Positions 40,884 through 54,733 of a stretch of 64,000 bases of DNA are shown one piece after another. Source of the stretch: Octopus vulgaris (Eukaryota); contig OX597817.1 of NCBI GenBank assembly GCA_951406725.2, forward strand, positions 167,710,001-167,774,000. Reading direction: 5' to 3'. Both the position numbers and the translations under genes were made by a program. Position 1 is the first letter of the stretch; each line of letters starts with the position of its first letter. The notes beneath the pieces were generated by a model. The model did no database searches. It saw only the letters and a list, made by a program, of their open reading frames with translations, and had not been told where the DNA came from.

Positions 40884-41024
40884 ACACACATACACACACA
40901 CACACACACATGTATGTAGGTGTGTATATATATATATTATATAAGAAAAATCAAAACCAAGGCAGAACGAGTATTTCAATTCATTTAAAATAATTTAAAT
41001 AGGGTATGGTGAATTTGAAGTCTT

Positions 41025-41071
41025 TACAGCCGTTTCTGGGATTACCCAACTGTTAAGTATTCCGTCGTCAG
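41025..41071 (-). ncRNA. hammerhead-like core with long stem II, within a small inverted repeat (41030-41105)
   Basis: Minus strand reads CTGACGA-CGGAATACTTAACAGTTGGGTAATCCCA-GAAA-CGGCTG-TA. The flanking IR is CCGTTTCTGGGAT…/…ATCCCAGAAACGG. Confidence 0.4.
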
Positions 41072-41909
41072 TGCAAATCTACCACTTGGGTTATCCCAGA
41101 AACGGTAGGTAGGCAGGTAGATAGATAGATATTCAATGGGTTTCCACCTAGTTTATGTCTACCAAATTCATTTACAAAGCATTGATCAGCCTGAAATCAA
41201 AGTTGAAGACACTTGCCCAAAATTTCTGAACATTGGGAGTGAACCTGAAAACACACACTACCAAAGAGAACTTTGTAACCACACAGCCATGCATGCGCTT
41301 ATATGTTAGCAAGCTGTGTGTGTGTGTGTGTGTGTGTGTTGGAACATACATATTAGTATTAGAATTGCTAAGTGATAAAGAAAAAGAGAGATGAAAAAGG
41401 AAATAGACAGATATATACATACATTACACTGACAGACAGACAGACATTTAAGATAATACAACGTGACTTTTTTTTTTCCCCTTTTTTTTCACACATTTAA
41501 TACCATTATAAAAAAATTCTGTTGCCATTCTGTGCAAATTCTGTATTGTCAGTTAATAAGCTACTTAAAATATTATTTGTTTAATTACTTCAAACTATTA
41601 TTTTTGGTATTTATATGACATGTGACTTTTTTTCTTCTGTTTTTCCTAAACAAAATTGTGACTTTTTAGTGATAATTTTTTTTTTATTTCCCTGTGTTCT
41701 TAATTCCGTCCATGCTGTTGTGTTGAACATGACATAAAAAAACTAACTTCAGGCTATCTCTGTACATGATAAAACTAAAACTTCCCTTAATCTTTGTTTA
41801 TTTGGTTTCCAAAACAAACAAAAAAAAATATGCAGCCACCTTTCAGAAAAAGATTTATATTGTTTGGTGAACATGAGGCACTCACTTAGCACACCCTGAA
41901 CATATATAT

Positions 41910-41953
<44 letters not shown>

Positions 41954-43370
41954 GATAGATATATATATGGCGGAAGAGAGAGAGAGGGGTTGAACTTTGG
42001 CCAGTATCAGAAAATGTCCAAAACTCAAAAGTTTGTGTTAAACACTACATATGCAAAATGTTTTGAAACACTGGAAAAATTTCTGAGTAATATACAGCTG
42101 TTACAGACCATGAACTGGACCTTTAGCCATTAGGAGTAGCCTCATGTACTCTTGTTTAGGCTTTATCAATCAAATTACATTGCCAATGGGTTATTGTTAA
42201 CTGCCATTATAGCAACTCCATGGTACATGCCTTATGTATAAGAAAAAGCTAAAGTGCTTGTGTGTATCAATTCCACATTCAGTTCTCACCACTGATGTCC
42301 TGATCCATACTGATATACTGCTTTGCCGTCTGGAGCAAGTTACTTAGCAGATGCTTCTCAAAGTGTCTACACTTCCTGAAAATCTCTAATCTGGTAATGA
42401 AATAGAGTTCTGGTTGTACAAGCTCGTAATGATTTGTCTTTTCTCTGCTTGACTTCTCCTAGTTATAAAAAATCCTTCTTGAATGGGACTGTCTATAGTT
42501 ACTAGAACCAGTCTGACCCCAAAAAGCTTTGTAAACAAGCATCTTACCATAAAAAGAATTTTGCTGCAAGAAAATCCAACAGAGAAGGCTACTGAAGCTG
42601 ATAACTTGGGAAAAGTTAAGCTATAAATTAGTAAAAACAATCAGTGACAAGAACTAAGTTTGAATTTTCAAACTCAGATTTTGAATAGCCTTAAACCACC
42701 AAAATCCCCTCCACATAAATTAACACTGAATCTTGAAACATTGAACATATTCCTTCAATCTAAATCCTTTAAAAATTTTTCTATGGCAAAAAGACTTGCT
42801 CTGATATCTGATGGTCACAATCTATTAAAAATATTTGCTGCTGGGGATGCTTCTTGGCATGATTCTGACTTTCAGAATACCTCTGAAAACAAACTGATTT
42901 GCTATCTGTATTGAAAAGGCTTCAACTCCTTGTCAAATTCAGATTTGTAATGATTGTTAATAAATCTCAAGGTTAACTATGGTGAAACAAGGGATGAACC
43001 TGAGGGATCCTGTCTTTTCACATGTCAGCTTTATATTGGATACTTCAAGATTTAGCAACACAACACTAATATCCCTTTTATCATAGCACCGCAGGACAAA
43101 ATCATAAATATGGTTTATTCTGAGATGATGGTATAAAAGAAAATAAGCAAACGAGAAAATTTTTAAAGATCTTGTTTTTTTTTTTTTTCAGTTAAATAGT
43201 CTCTAATGTCTGCCAAAACCTGCAAATTTTACTTGCAGTTACTTTGACCCAATCACTGGGAATCACCATGTAATTCTATCAGTATATATATATATATATA
43301 TATAACTCTATTAGTGTGTATATATATTTATATATATATATATATTAGAATATATATAAATATATATGTT

Positions 43371-43427
<57 letters not shown>

Positions 43428-43432
43428 ATATA

Positions 43433-43465
<33 letters not shown>

Positions 43466-43491
43466 ATATATATATATATGTATGTATGTAT

Positions 43492-43526
<35 letters not shown>

Positions 43527-43717
43527 TTATGTATACATACATACACACACATATACCGTTGCTTCATTGCAACTTGTTGGAATGTTGATGTTCTCTGCGA
43601 GCTGCTCTGTAATCTGTTCCGAAAATGATATGCGTCAAAACAAAAATAGCTACAGAGGTATGTTATGATTTTGCTTCGAAACAACAATAAGACTAAACAC
43701 ACAAGGAAAAACTATAT

Positions 43718-43765
<48 letters not shown>

Positions 43766-44099
43766 GTATATTGTTCCATGAAGGTAATATCAGCAAAATT
43801 GTACTTCAACTGGTGAGAGATAAATATCATTTAATAAACACGGTATATATTTTTATGAGCTGCTAATAGTTTTAGCATTTTATAACATGTCTGGTGCCTT
43901 CACACAAATAATGTTTGTGTGCATGTATGTATGTATATTATGTATATATATATTTATATATATATATATATGTATATGTGTGTGTGTCTATATATATATA
44001 TATACAGACACACACATACATATGTAGAGACACAGACAGACAGCTAAATAGATATATATCTAACTATATATTATGTGTGTATGTGTGTGTACCATCATT

Positions 44100-44356
44100 T
44101 CTTCTTTCTTTGCGCCCTTTTAAAGCCTAGCCAGGCTCATGGGCCCGGTTTCCCAATTTCTATGGCGTATGTGTTCCCCAGCTGGACGGGACACCAGCCC
44201 ATCACAGCGTTACTCATTTTTGCCAGCTGAGTGGACTGGAGCAACGTGAAATGAAGTGTTTTGCTCAAGAACACAGCTCGTCGCCCGGTCCAGGAATCGA
44301 AACCACTATCTTACGATCATGGTGCTGACACCCTAACCACTAAGCCACGCGCCTCC
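44100..44356 (-). mobile_element. tRNA-derived CORE-type SINE
   Basis: Minus-strand head GGAGGCGCGTGGCTTAGTGG…TTTCGATTCCTGG, then CORE-like GTGTTCTTGAGCAAAACACTTCATTTCAC. A degraded + copy is at about 850-990. Confidence 0.7.
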
Positions 44357-45009
44357 ACGTGTACCGTCATTAGTTCATCATTAATATCATTAATGTATGT
44401 CTGTTTTTCATATTGGTATGGGTTACATGGTATGGGTTACATGTCTAAGCCACAGTTCTTATAGATACAGAAGAAGAATGTACCTTGCTTATTCATTTTG
44501 TTTTGGGCTTGATTTCTACATCTATCTCCAACCTCTTCACAGAATGTACTGGTGCATTTTATCATGGTGCCTGAACTAGGACAGATATGTCCTTACAAGA
44601 TAGGGCTATAAGAGTGTGTCTGTGTGTCTGTGTGTGTGCACAGAATGGGAAACCTGAAGCAAACAGACAAGTTACTGACAGGAGAAGTACCTCCACCACC
44701 AACAACAGCAATAACACAAATAAAACACACCCAGTACGTTTCGTCGAAAAGTTGGTCATAGGCAGAGCATCCAGTTGTAGAAACCAGACCACAAACGTAA
44801 ACGTATGAGCAAGACGTAGTTATCTAACCCATCAGTGAGGGCAGTTGGCGCATAGCATGATAATTCATGTAACCCATACCAGCTTGAGAAGCTCAAATGA
44901 CCTTCAAATGAGCAAGCTTTAGATGTAAACAAACACAGGTACACATATGCATGTGCACACGCACACACACACACATAAAAATATATTTATACATATGTGT
45001 AATATATAT

Positions 45010-45059
<50 letters not shown>

Positions 45060-45482
45060 CTTGTACATAGGTAAACAGAGAAGTTAAACAGGCAGACGGA
45101 TATTAAATGTTATGGTGGTGGTGCTTATTCAAAAATATCTGACATGTATATGTGAGTGTGTGTGTGTGTGTGTGTGTGTATGTTTGTGTATACATGTGTA
45201 TGTGTTTTCTCTTCTATTTTTAATTCTTTGAAAATCTTCCTGTAAGGAAAGAACTTGTTTCTAACAAAAAATATAAACCTCCATCATTGAAATATAGATA
45301 ACAAAAACAATGTCACATTTCAAACTTGAGAAAAGTCTTGTATATTTTTACTGTTCTATTATTTCCAGATCGAATTTGTAATATTCATGTAATATAGCTG
45401 GTCAATTTCTTTTTCCGAAAACCCCTAGCTTATCCAGATTGTCACTTGAGCAAAACCAAGTGCACCAATTATTATTGGCATA

Positions 45483-45660
45483 ACTCTTTTACTCTTTTAC
45501 TTTGTAACAGTCATTTGACTGTGGCCATGCTGGAGCACTGCCTTTAGTCAAGCAAATTGACCCCAGGACTTATTCTTTGTAAGCCTAGTACTAGTTCTAT
45601 CGGTGTCTTTTACCGAACTGCTAAGTTACAGGGATGTAAACACACCAGCATTGGTTATCA
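45483..45660 (-). mobile_element. SINE family A 3' half
   Basis: CTCTTTTACTCTTTTAC tail and GGCCATGCTGGAGCAC block. Confidence 0.8.
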
Positions 45661-46639
45661 CACAGACACTTATAGATATACTTATAAGCCTGGTGTTTAC
45701 CTCATGTAGAACTTCTACACATAGTGGCTATTTGAAAATTGAAAAGGGGAAGCTCCCTTATGAAGCCATTGATCCAATAAAAAGAAAATCCACAATTCAC
45801 CCGTACAGTATATATATTAAAAACATCAAAGAATAAAGTTAGTGATTTTACTTTTAATACGTTGTTTACAAATGTTTCATCGGTTCACATTTTAACCAAT
45901 CTTGCATCATGTTCATTCACATGTCAGCAATTATTGATCCAATCTTATGCATGGTGTAAATGTGTTTTTGCAGTGCATGGGACTAAATCAATAATTGCTG
46001 ACAAGCTAACAAATATGACGAAAGATTGGTTAAAAATGCATATTGATGAAACAATTGTAAATGATATAATAAAAGTGATATTGTTAACTCCATTCTTCAA
46101 TGTCTTTATTACATATACATATATATATATGCACACACATATCATTATTGTCATCATGTCATCCTGTGTCTCTGTCCCCTGTCTATTCAGAAACCAACCA
46201 CCTATATATTTACTTATTTTTCTAGATTTTCCTTCAGTGAAAGGATGGTCCGAAAACACAAATGTTCCAGGTGAGCAAAATTATTATCACTTGGCAATAC
46301 GTGTGTGTTTGTCTACCTTTAAGTGCGTGTGCATGCATATATGTGCACACCTCGTCACTACCTGTATTTGCCTGCTAGAAGTTCAAATGATGGGCAGTGT
46401 ATTTCTTTATATAATTTTTTTTTTTTTTTTTGCTATCTTTGACCATGTATCAATCTACCATATACACACAGACACACATGCAAACTGACGCAAATGCATA
46501 CACACACACACATATGTGTGTGTGTGTCGATATATAGAGATATCATCATCATCATTGTTCGACCGTGGTCGAGACTTTCATAGTCTTTTCAAAATGGCTA
46601 ATAATGCGTGCGCGCGCCACTACTACACATAGAGATATA

Positions 46640-46795
46640 CCAGAGTAAGCACATACATACGAAACAACATGGGGAAAAATAGTACTCGAATACCAGAGGC
46701 AGAGTAATATGCTTTATTAAAAAGCAGCAAAAATATCATAAAAACTATCATTCAGACTTTCATGTTTCCGTTCATTGGACAGTTTTGTTTCTAAA
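46640..46795 (-). mobile_element. Penelope-like fragment, same family as 24529-24675, with degenerate hammerhead
   Basis: Shares AGTACTC(A/G)AATACCAG…AGAGTAATATGCTTTATT. Minus strand reads CTGT-CCAATGA-ACG-GAAA-CAT-GAAA. Confidence 0.55.
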
Positions 46796-47982
46796 ATACA
46801 ACATGTAAGCTTTTTAGCACTTTCAGCACAATCCGCTGACCCTTTCACTTCAAATATTCCATGCCTTCACATTATTGGGGATCACACTGCATGTCTCAGA
46901 AATGCAAAACCTTTTTGTATGTTAGTCTCAGCATGTTACAATTCTTATTTATTCACTTATGTTCATGTATGCTTATTTTGTTTCTGTTTCTTGTGGTGGT
47001 CATTAGTGAGGTAGGCAAGGTAAACAATATCCATCATATGTGACAAATGTCTATTTTCATTATGATTTCACTTCTCCCTGTTCAGTGTTTGTAGCTATTG
47101 CACTTAGTTATTTACATCGATATTAGCTAAAAATCAACACCAAAAAAATTGCAAGTGAAACGTGTCAAGTAATCTACTTCAACGAATTGATTTCTTTATT
47201 ATGCATCAACACCTACAGACCGATATATTTGCCTTATCTGAACACCAACTACACACCCCTCAAATGACTACACACCCCTCAAGCATCACTTTCCCTTCAG
47301 GTCTTTTGGTCCTATGAGTCGAACAGGAAATGTGTATTTAGTGATGAGGAGAAAGTTGCTTTTGATAGGGTCACAGACTGTGACAAAACGATTTTGACAG
47401 ACTAACTGATTAACCAATTGCTCGATTGATAGTAAAACTGAAGTGAAACATAACCAGTGTGTGTTCTTTTATTGGCTATATACCCCACACAAAATACAAC
47501 ATGTAAGCTTTTTAGCACATTCAGCACAATCCACTGAGCCTTCACTTCAAACTACTAGCTTGTCCATCTTTTCTCTCCAACAATTAGCCTATAACACTTC
47601 AAGCAGGAACATCGACACCACACTTATACCACCACATATACACATCTTATCACTTTACTCTAGACTAGGAAAGCTGAAAATATGCTAAGGTCTGTTCCTT
47701 CTTCTAAAAGTGGACTGATATTTTATACATTTTTTTTTTCTTTCCAAATGAGACTTGATATTTTATATAAATGATGATATGTGTATCATATTTTATTAAG
47801 ACAGCCATTTTTTAGGGGATGCTTTTGCAGCAGATTAGGTGTTAAAAAGGGACCGAGAAAGATCATGTGTGATCTTAATATTTTAATATGCTTTCAGAAT
47901 CAGTTTTACAACCCTGCAGGACAGTGTTATTATTGTTGTTTTAGTTTACCTCACTATATTTCGATTGTTGTTGTTGTTGTTG

Positions 47983-48041
<59 letters not shown>

Positions 48042-48653
48042 GAGTGAAAGAGCAGTGCATGCCATCAAAGTGATACTGGGGTGAAATATACAAAGCCCAG
48101 TATACCCATCATGACTACCCATCTGATAAGGGTAAACCAGGCACTTTGCATCACAACCATATGTGCGCAACATGGTGATCTCATATCAAGATAAACAGCG
48201 TATGACCTTGCAGGTGGGGCCCAGTTAGAATTTTCTTCTGGTTGAGTAGCCTATCCCGCTCAAGATGTCCCTGAATAAGGGTTGCTTAAGGATGTTAAAC
48301 GAACCACCTATGTTACCAAAGGTGAATTATCCAAACCCCAAAGAATTCCTTTCAACACACAACTATGATGTTCCCCCGCTACTTCTGCTTGTGATCAGAG
48401 ATGCACATATTGTCAGCCACGACTGGTTAATGTCAAACAACTGACAAGCAAATCTGTGGTATTGAGCAGAATATTTGCTGTAGCCCATCTTTTATACCAA
48501 GACAAAACAATGTACATGATAACTCTTGGTACGAAGCCATGAGAGCCACTGCCTGGTACTGCATATCATCATTATTATTATTATTATTATTATCCGATTG
48601 ATTTGCATTTTATTTCATCTACTGACTGGGTCTCAATCAGAGACCTAAGGCAT

Positions 48654-48859
48654 GATTGATTGATTGATTGATTGATTCTAGTTTCAGCTCATGAGCTGTG
48701 GCCATGCTGGGGCATCGCCATTTGGTGTTGCTACATGGTTTTACTTCACGAATGCTTTTTAGCAACTGCCATTTGGTGCAATTTGGTGCATGAGAGAGTT
48801 CGATGCAGCTGCCCTCATCTGCACCTCCTGCCGTGAAGTTGGTTCATCTGGGATACCTG
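48654..48859 (-). mobile_element. CR1-group LINE 3' end with (AATC)n tail
   Basis: Minus-strand peptide GIPDEPTSRQEVQMRAAASNSLMHQ, then a 3' UTR ending GCCCCAGCATGGCCACAGCTCATGAGCTGAAAC and (AATC)n. Confidence 0.7.
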
Positions 48860-48999
48860 CATGTGTATATTAGATGGAAAGAAACTTTCTGAGAATCTGG
48901 GTGGTTGATGTCAACGCAGTTTTTTTATTATCGTTGTTGTTGTTGTTGTTGTTACTATTATTATCATTATTATTATTATTGTTTTTATTATTATTTCAG

Positions 49000-49075
49000 C
49001 CCTTTAAATTTTGCTACATCCGTTGAAGATTACGAGATGCATGGGCCTCCAACTAAAAAGCCAAAAACGCCAAGG
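49000..49075 (+). CDS. cwo: cwo-like exon 2 ((S)PLNFATSVEDYEMHGPPTKKPKTPR)
   Basis: Acceptor tttcag| and donor AGG|gtaagt. LNFATS resembles the LNFSTS motif I recall upstream of the basic region of Drosophila CWO. PPTKKPK is NLS-like. Ends in phase 0. Confidence 0.88.
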
Positions 49076-49274
49076 GTAAGTTATCTTTTAATTCAGACAC
49101 TTAATAATTTTCAAAAGAAGTTTACTTGCCCTCTGTGGCTTTTGTGGTAGCTTCACCCAGATACCATAGTAACATCACTCTATTGTTATACCAATAGAGT
49201 GCTTTTGTCTTATTATATACTGTACTTAAGGTAATTAAGTTGGCAAGCTGGTAGAATTGTTACCACAGGTTATA

Positions 49275-49695
49275 GGCACAGGAGTGGCTGTGTGGTAAGT
49301 AGCTTGCTTACCAACCACAGGGTTCTGGGTTCAGTCCCACTCCGTGGCACCTTGGGCAAGTGTCTTCTACTATAGCCTCGGGCCAACCAAAGCCTTGTGA
49401 GTGGATTTAGTAGACAGAAACTGAAAGAAGCCCATCATATATATATATATGTATATATGTATGTGTGTGTATATGTTTGTGTGTCTGTGTTTGTCCCCCC
49501 CCCCCCAACATCGCTTGACAGCCAATGCTGGTGTGTTTATGTCACCCGTCACTTAGCGGTTCAGCAAAAAGAGGCCGATAGAATAAGTACTGGGCTTACA
49601 AAGAATAAGTCCCGGGGTCGATTTGCTCAACTAAAGGCGGTGCTCCAGCATGGCCTCTGCCAAATGACTGAAACAAGTAGAAGAGTAAAAGAATA
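49275..49695 (+). mobile_element. SINE family A, full length (intron 2)
   Basis: Colinear with 12310-12725. Confidence 0.9.
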
Positions 49696-50357
49696 CACTG
49701 AACAAAATGCCTGGTGGTATTTCTTTTGGCTTTTTACATTCTGATATCAAATGTTGCCGAGGTCATCTGCTGACCATATCCCCTCTTATGCTCCCCTAAT
49801 TATGAGAGTTTATTCTGGCATACCGTCACCACTATCCCTCTATTTTTTTTTTTCATCTTCTCAATTACTCACCCTTATAATATGAGGTAGCCATGTATCA
49901 TTCCTATAGCAAGGCACCTATTCTTGTCCTTCTATCATAATTTTAGTTTCCCAGCTCCTGGCATAAAACCACTTCTCCTTTCCTAATACCCCTTGTGCCA
50001 CCACCACCACCAGCACCACTTAGGGTTTTCTCTCCCTTGTTCTTTTCTGTCTCGCAACTTACTTGCCGATCTCCCTAGTTCCTGGTGGGATGAAAAATGT
50101 GCCCTGTAGACACAATAAGGTAGTTGATGTTGGGAATAATATCCAGCCATAGAAAACATACCAAAACTTCCATTGGAACTTGGTGCAGCCCTCTGGCTTG
50201 TGTGATCCTATCAAACTATTCAGTCATGGAAAACAGGCATTAGATTATAAATATGGTGATTATGATGATGATGATGCCGTCTGTGTCCTGTTTATTCCTT
50301 TTCTGTTCATTTAACGTCCATCTTATTCATCTAATATCTATATCTATCTTATTACAG

Positions 50358-50459
50358 GACCCAATGTCTCATCGGATTATTGAGAAGAGACGCCGTGATC
50401 GTATGAACAATTGTCTCGCTGACCTCAGTCGTCTTATTCCAGCCAACTATATGAAACAG
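50358..50459 (+). CDS. cwo: cwo-like exon 3: bHLH basic region and helix 1 ([34 protein letters not shown])
   Basis: Boundaries ttacag|GAC ... CAG|gtaaag, 102 nt, phase 0/0. Nearly identical to the Drosophila CWO segment [28 protein letters not shown]. Confidence 0.97.
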
Positions 50460-50724
50460 GTAAAGCATTTGTCTTCAATCAGCTGTCTGTCTGTGTGTCG
50501 ATTTATAATCCAGCGTGTGCATGTCTGCCTCCACGTCATTTGGCGTGTGTCATGTGTACATGTCTGCGTATTTGAAGTGGTAGTTAATTTATGTAGTTTT
50601 GGAGATGTATTTGTCTGACAAGTGATTTGAGCTGAGACAATGTGTTGGAACTAAAGCAGTTATAGCATGGAAGACACATATTAAATCTTCCAAAGAAACA
50701 TATAAAAACTATTAATTCACTTAA

Positions 50725-51511
50725 CCCTTTAGCATTCAGATTACTTTGTAAAGTGTAATACTTATTTATTCCCATCTTTTAAAATTAATCATGTATCATC
50801 TTGTATTGAGTTGTCTAGAAAGTTCATGCCAATTTATAGTAGCTTAGCTTTCGATTTATTTTAGAACATGGTTGAGTCCATAAAAGAGGATTAAACTACA
50901 CTCCATTTAGAGCACAGTTTAAGCTATCTTTTCGTGGAAGAAGCTTTATGTTCCTATAACCTGTGTTAATTCTGTAACCCTTTAAAATGGAAGATAAGAA
51001 AGTTCATTTTCGGCACTTGATGCTTTGGGAGCCAGACAAAAATTGTTGCAGCTCGGCTGGGATGTGTTACCCCACCCTCCATATTCACCAAATATTGCTC
51101 CTTCAGATTTCCACTTATTCAGGTCTCTGCAGAATAGTCTTAATGGTAAAAATTTCAATTCCTTGGATGACATAACAAGATACCTTGATGAATTCTTTGC
51201 CATGAAACCACCTCAATTCTGGGAAGAGGGTATTTTCAAGTTAAAGGAAAGATGGAGACGCATTGTGCCACAAAATAGTTCATAGTTGGTTGATTAAAAA
51301 TGTAATGGCAAATATTTATTGAGCTTTTTCTTTCCTTTAAAAATCGGCACAAACTTTCCGGACAACCCAATAGCTTTGAGATTTTGATGACGTGGTTGTT
51401 TGGTTTTACAATGATATTGTAAGGTAGATATTAGGTGCCAGATCTGGTCAATTTGAGTATAAAACAAATAAAATATTTGAACTGGATAAGGTCAGTTTAG
51501 ATGCTGAGGGG
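50725..51511. mobile_element. piggyBac-like MITE (TTAA target) hosting a mariner
   Basis: Ends TTAA|CCCTTTAGCATTCAGA and TTTAGATGCTGAGGGG|TTAA. Confidence 0.6.
50806..51370 (+). mobile_element. internally deleted mariner transposon (565 bp)
   Basis: TA-flanked 30-bp TIRs (24/30 identical). N-terminal MEDKKVHFRHLMLWE is joined out of frame to the C-terminal ARQKLLQLGWDVLPHPPYSPNIAPSDFHLFRSLQN…RW. Confidence 0.92.
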
Positions 51512-53166
51512 TTAAACATAACTTGATGTCAAAATTAACCTTGTACCAACTGCAACTTGGTTACCGAAATTGCAGTGAAACCGTGTCTGGAATCAGGCCA
51601 CAGTTGGTGCAAAAAAAATTTTTGATTTCAAATAATAAATGTTTAAGTGAAGTTATCAGTCTTTGTATATTTCTGAATGACCGATATGTACCTTCGTGGC
51701 TGTAATTGTTATAGTTCTGGTTGCTGACATAAGATAAATTTTGGTTTGGTTACGTATGAGGATATGTATGTACATGAGTGTGTATGTTTGCCAAAATTCT
51801 ATTTATATATATATAAATTTATGTATATATACATTTATGTATATATGTGTTTATGTATGTTTGTGTGTATCTGTGTATCTGTGTGTGTAAAATTCATTTT
51901 GACTAGACTTGATGGCTGGCAAAAACTTCAAAGTCCAGTCAAAAAGAATTTTAATAATGATCTTAAAGCTACTTATAGTTTTGAGTTGACTGCATCAAAA
52001 AATGTTCTGTTGTTATTCTTCAAATTTCTTTAAATTAACATTTATGTATATATATATATATATATATATATACATGCACATACACATACATGCACGCCCA
52101 CATTTATTCACAAAAACATGCACTTGCAATTTTTTATACAGATATAATGTTTTATATGAGAAATATTGGAATTCTGAATCAATTGTGTGTTTTTTTAGTT
52201 TTTTTTAACTTGCCACTTTTTGACCTAATTTTTTGTTGTCAGTTATTTTTGATTATCTGCAAATATTATGTTGATCTACCAAATCTGCATATGATATGTT
52301 GATTAAATTATCTACATATATTATGTTGAATAACTAGTCTGCATATATTATGTTGATCAACCAATCAGGACTGTTTGCACAAGCTCAAGCCCCACCCATC
52401 CACCCAAACTGCAGTTCATAAGCTTATCATTTCTGACAATAAACATTACAAAAATAAATGAATAAAAATACAAAGCAAGATTTTTTTTTTTTTTTACACT
52501 TTTTCCTTTTTTTTAACCACACACTCATGACTTCAAACCTCACTCCCACAATTTTGCTGCTGCTCTGTTTGCCTTGGGTTAAACAGCAACAAGATTCACA
52601 AGAAATAAGAATAACATAACAAAAATGAATTTAAAAATCTCCTACAACGTTAACCTTTACTTTTATTCCCTGTACACTCAATAAAATTAGTACCGCTCAT
52701 ATATTAGGATTTCTTTATTGAACTTTCCTATATACCTTTCCTAACAAATGTATCCATGCTTCTAAGTTCTTAGTTCTGCACCTCCATTTTGTAATTTCAT
52801 ATTCTACTGGGACGTATACTTTGCAGTTTATTCCCCCTATGTCAATAAAATGATTACTGGACATATTCTTAGGTTGGTTTGTCGATTATGCTTCAGCCCT
52901 ACAGATTTATGATATTGCACAGATATAAAAAGAAAAGCACTCCTTTTGATGTTGTTTTGTAGTTACCCCAGCAGAAGTTCACTGATGCAATCTGATCTGG
53001 AGTAGCAGATTTGTCTCAACTCATATTCTCTTGAGATTTGAAAACATCTGGGGAGACCTCATTCTTGAGGATTGTTCTTTGACCTAGTTTGGTAGAACAA
53101 TTTGCCATTTGGAATATTGTTACACATCAAAAACACTGTTTCATTGAAACCAAGAAATCATCTTCC

Positions 53167-53206
<40 letters not shown>

Positions 53207-53207
<1 letters not shown>

Positions 53208-53460
53208 GGTGGCACGTAAAAAGCACCATCCGATCGTGGCCGTTTGCCAGCCTATGTCTGGCCCCTGTGCCGGTGGCACTTAAAAAGCACCTACTACACT
53301 CACAGAGTGGTTGGCGTTAGGAAGGGCATCCAGCCATAGAAACATTGCCAGATCAGACTGGGCCTGATGCAGCCTTCTGGCTTCACAGACCCCGGTCGAA
53401 CCATCCAACCCATGCTAGCATGGAAAGCGGATGCTAAACGATGATGATGATGATGATTAT
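53207..53460 (+). mobile_element. SINE/RTE-like 3' fragment (GGCGTTAGGAAGGGCATCCAGCC… tail (GAT)n)
   Basis: Degraded relatives at about 25835-25965, 44745-44900 and 50080-50275. Confidence 0.6.
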
Positions 53461-54041
53461 CATTAAGGCAGCAAGCTGGCAGAGTCGCTAGGATGCTGGC
53501 CAAAATGCTTAGCGGCATTTCATCCATCTTCGTAGTCTGAGTTCAAAATCCACTTTTCCATGGTTAGAGGAGAAAAAGACACTTACCCAAAGTGTCATGT
53601 GGTGAGATTGAACCTTGAACCATGTGGTTTGGAAGCAAACTTCTTACCGTACAACCACACCTATTATGATCCCTTATCAGTTACTGAACATTTTTTGCTA
53701 TAGCTCTGAACAGTCAAGTCTATGATATTGTTTCGGCTCTGTTAAAGGCATGAACACAATATCATCTCTCTCTCTCTCTCTTCTAACTAGTCAAAAGAAA
53801 CCACTGACCACCAGAAATAATAAAAAGTGCCAGACTAAATTTGTAAAGACAAACGTAAAACAATGTAACACACACACACACACACACATTCTCTCTCTCA
53901 CACACACACACACACTCACACTGTAATTGTTTTACAAATTAATTTAGTTTGCTCTAATTCTTACATACATACATACATATATACATATATGCACACACAC
54001 AAACACATACATACATAAACACATACATACTTACATATATG

Positions 54042-54073
<32 letters not shown>

Positions 54074-54693
54074 CATACACATACACACATATATGTATGT
54101 ATGCATGTATATTAGTATGTATATGAAATTCTAGTTCTTTTTTTTTCCGCATGTGAATCTTTGGAGTTAGTAATGATTCACATAGATATTTTTTTTAAAA
54201 AAACAAAAAAAACCTGCACAAAAATTAATGAAATTGTCTAAATTTGTAGATATACCCAACCCATGTTAATATAAAAATTGAGTTTCAAATAAAAATATGA
54301 ATTAACTCCTGTTGCCTCTGACACTAGGAAGTCCTGACAACCCCCAAATGACATTCTCAAAATGCAGTAGTCCTGGTTTGCTTAATTCATTCTAGTCCTT
54401 TGAATTGCAATCTGAAACCAAAAAGTGTTGTACTTACAAATGTCTTTCTGAATTTGAGCATTTTTCAGACAATATCTTAATCACTATTACCATTTATTAT
54501 ATCTATAAACTAAGGTAAGTTTTTTTTTTAAATTCCCACCCTACCACACCTGTGGGCTGTTGCTTTTGGCAAACCTTTACATATGACTTGAAATTTCTGA
54601 CATACATAAACATAACGACAGGAATGGAAAAAACGAAATAATTATAAAAGACTGAGAATGAGATTTCCTATTATTATTAGTCATTAGTCAATA

Positions 54694-54732
<39 letters not shown>

Positions 54733-54733
54733 T

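Noticed and set aside
42140-42950. Possible minus-strand LINE RT remnant (KLFGV…VTID)
   Set aside because: Too degenerate to support from a single weak motif.
45862-46488. 208-aa non-repetitive ORF in intron 1
   Set aside because: It has a non-ATG start, AT-rich intron-like composition and no recognisable motif.
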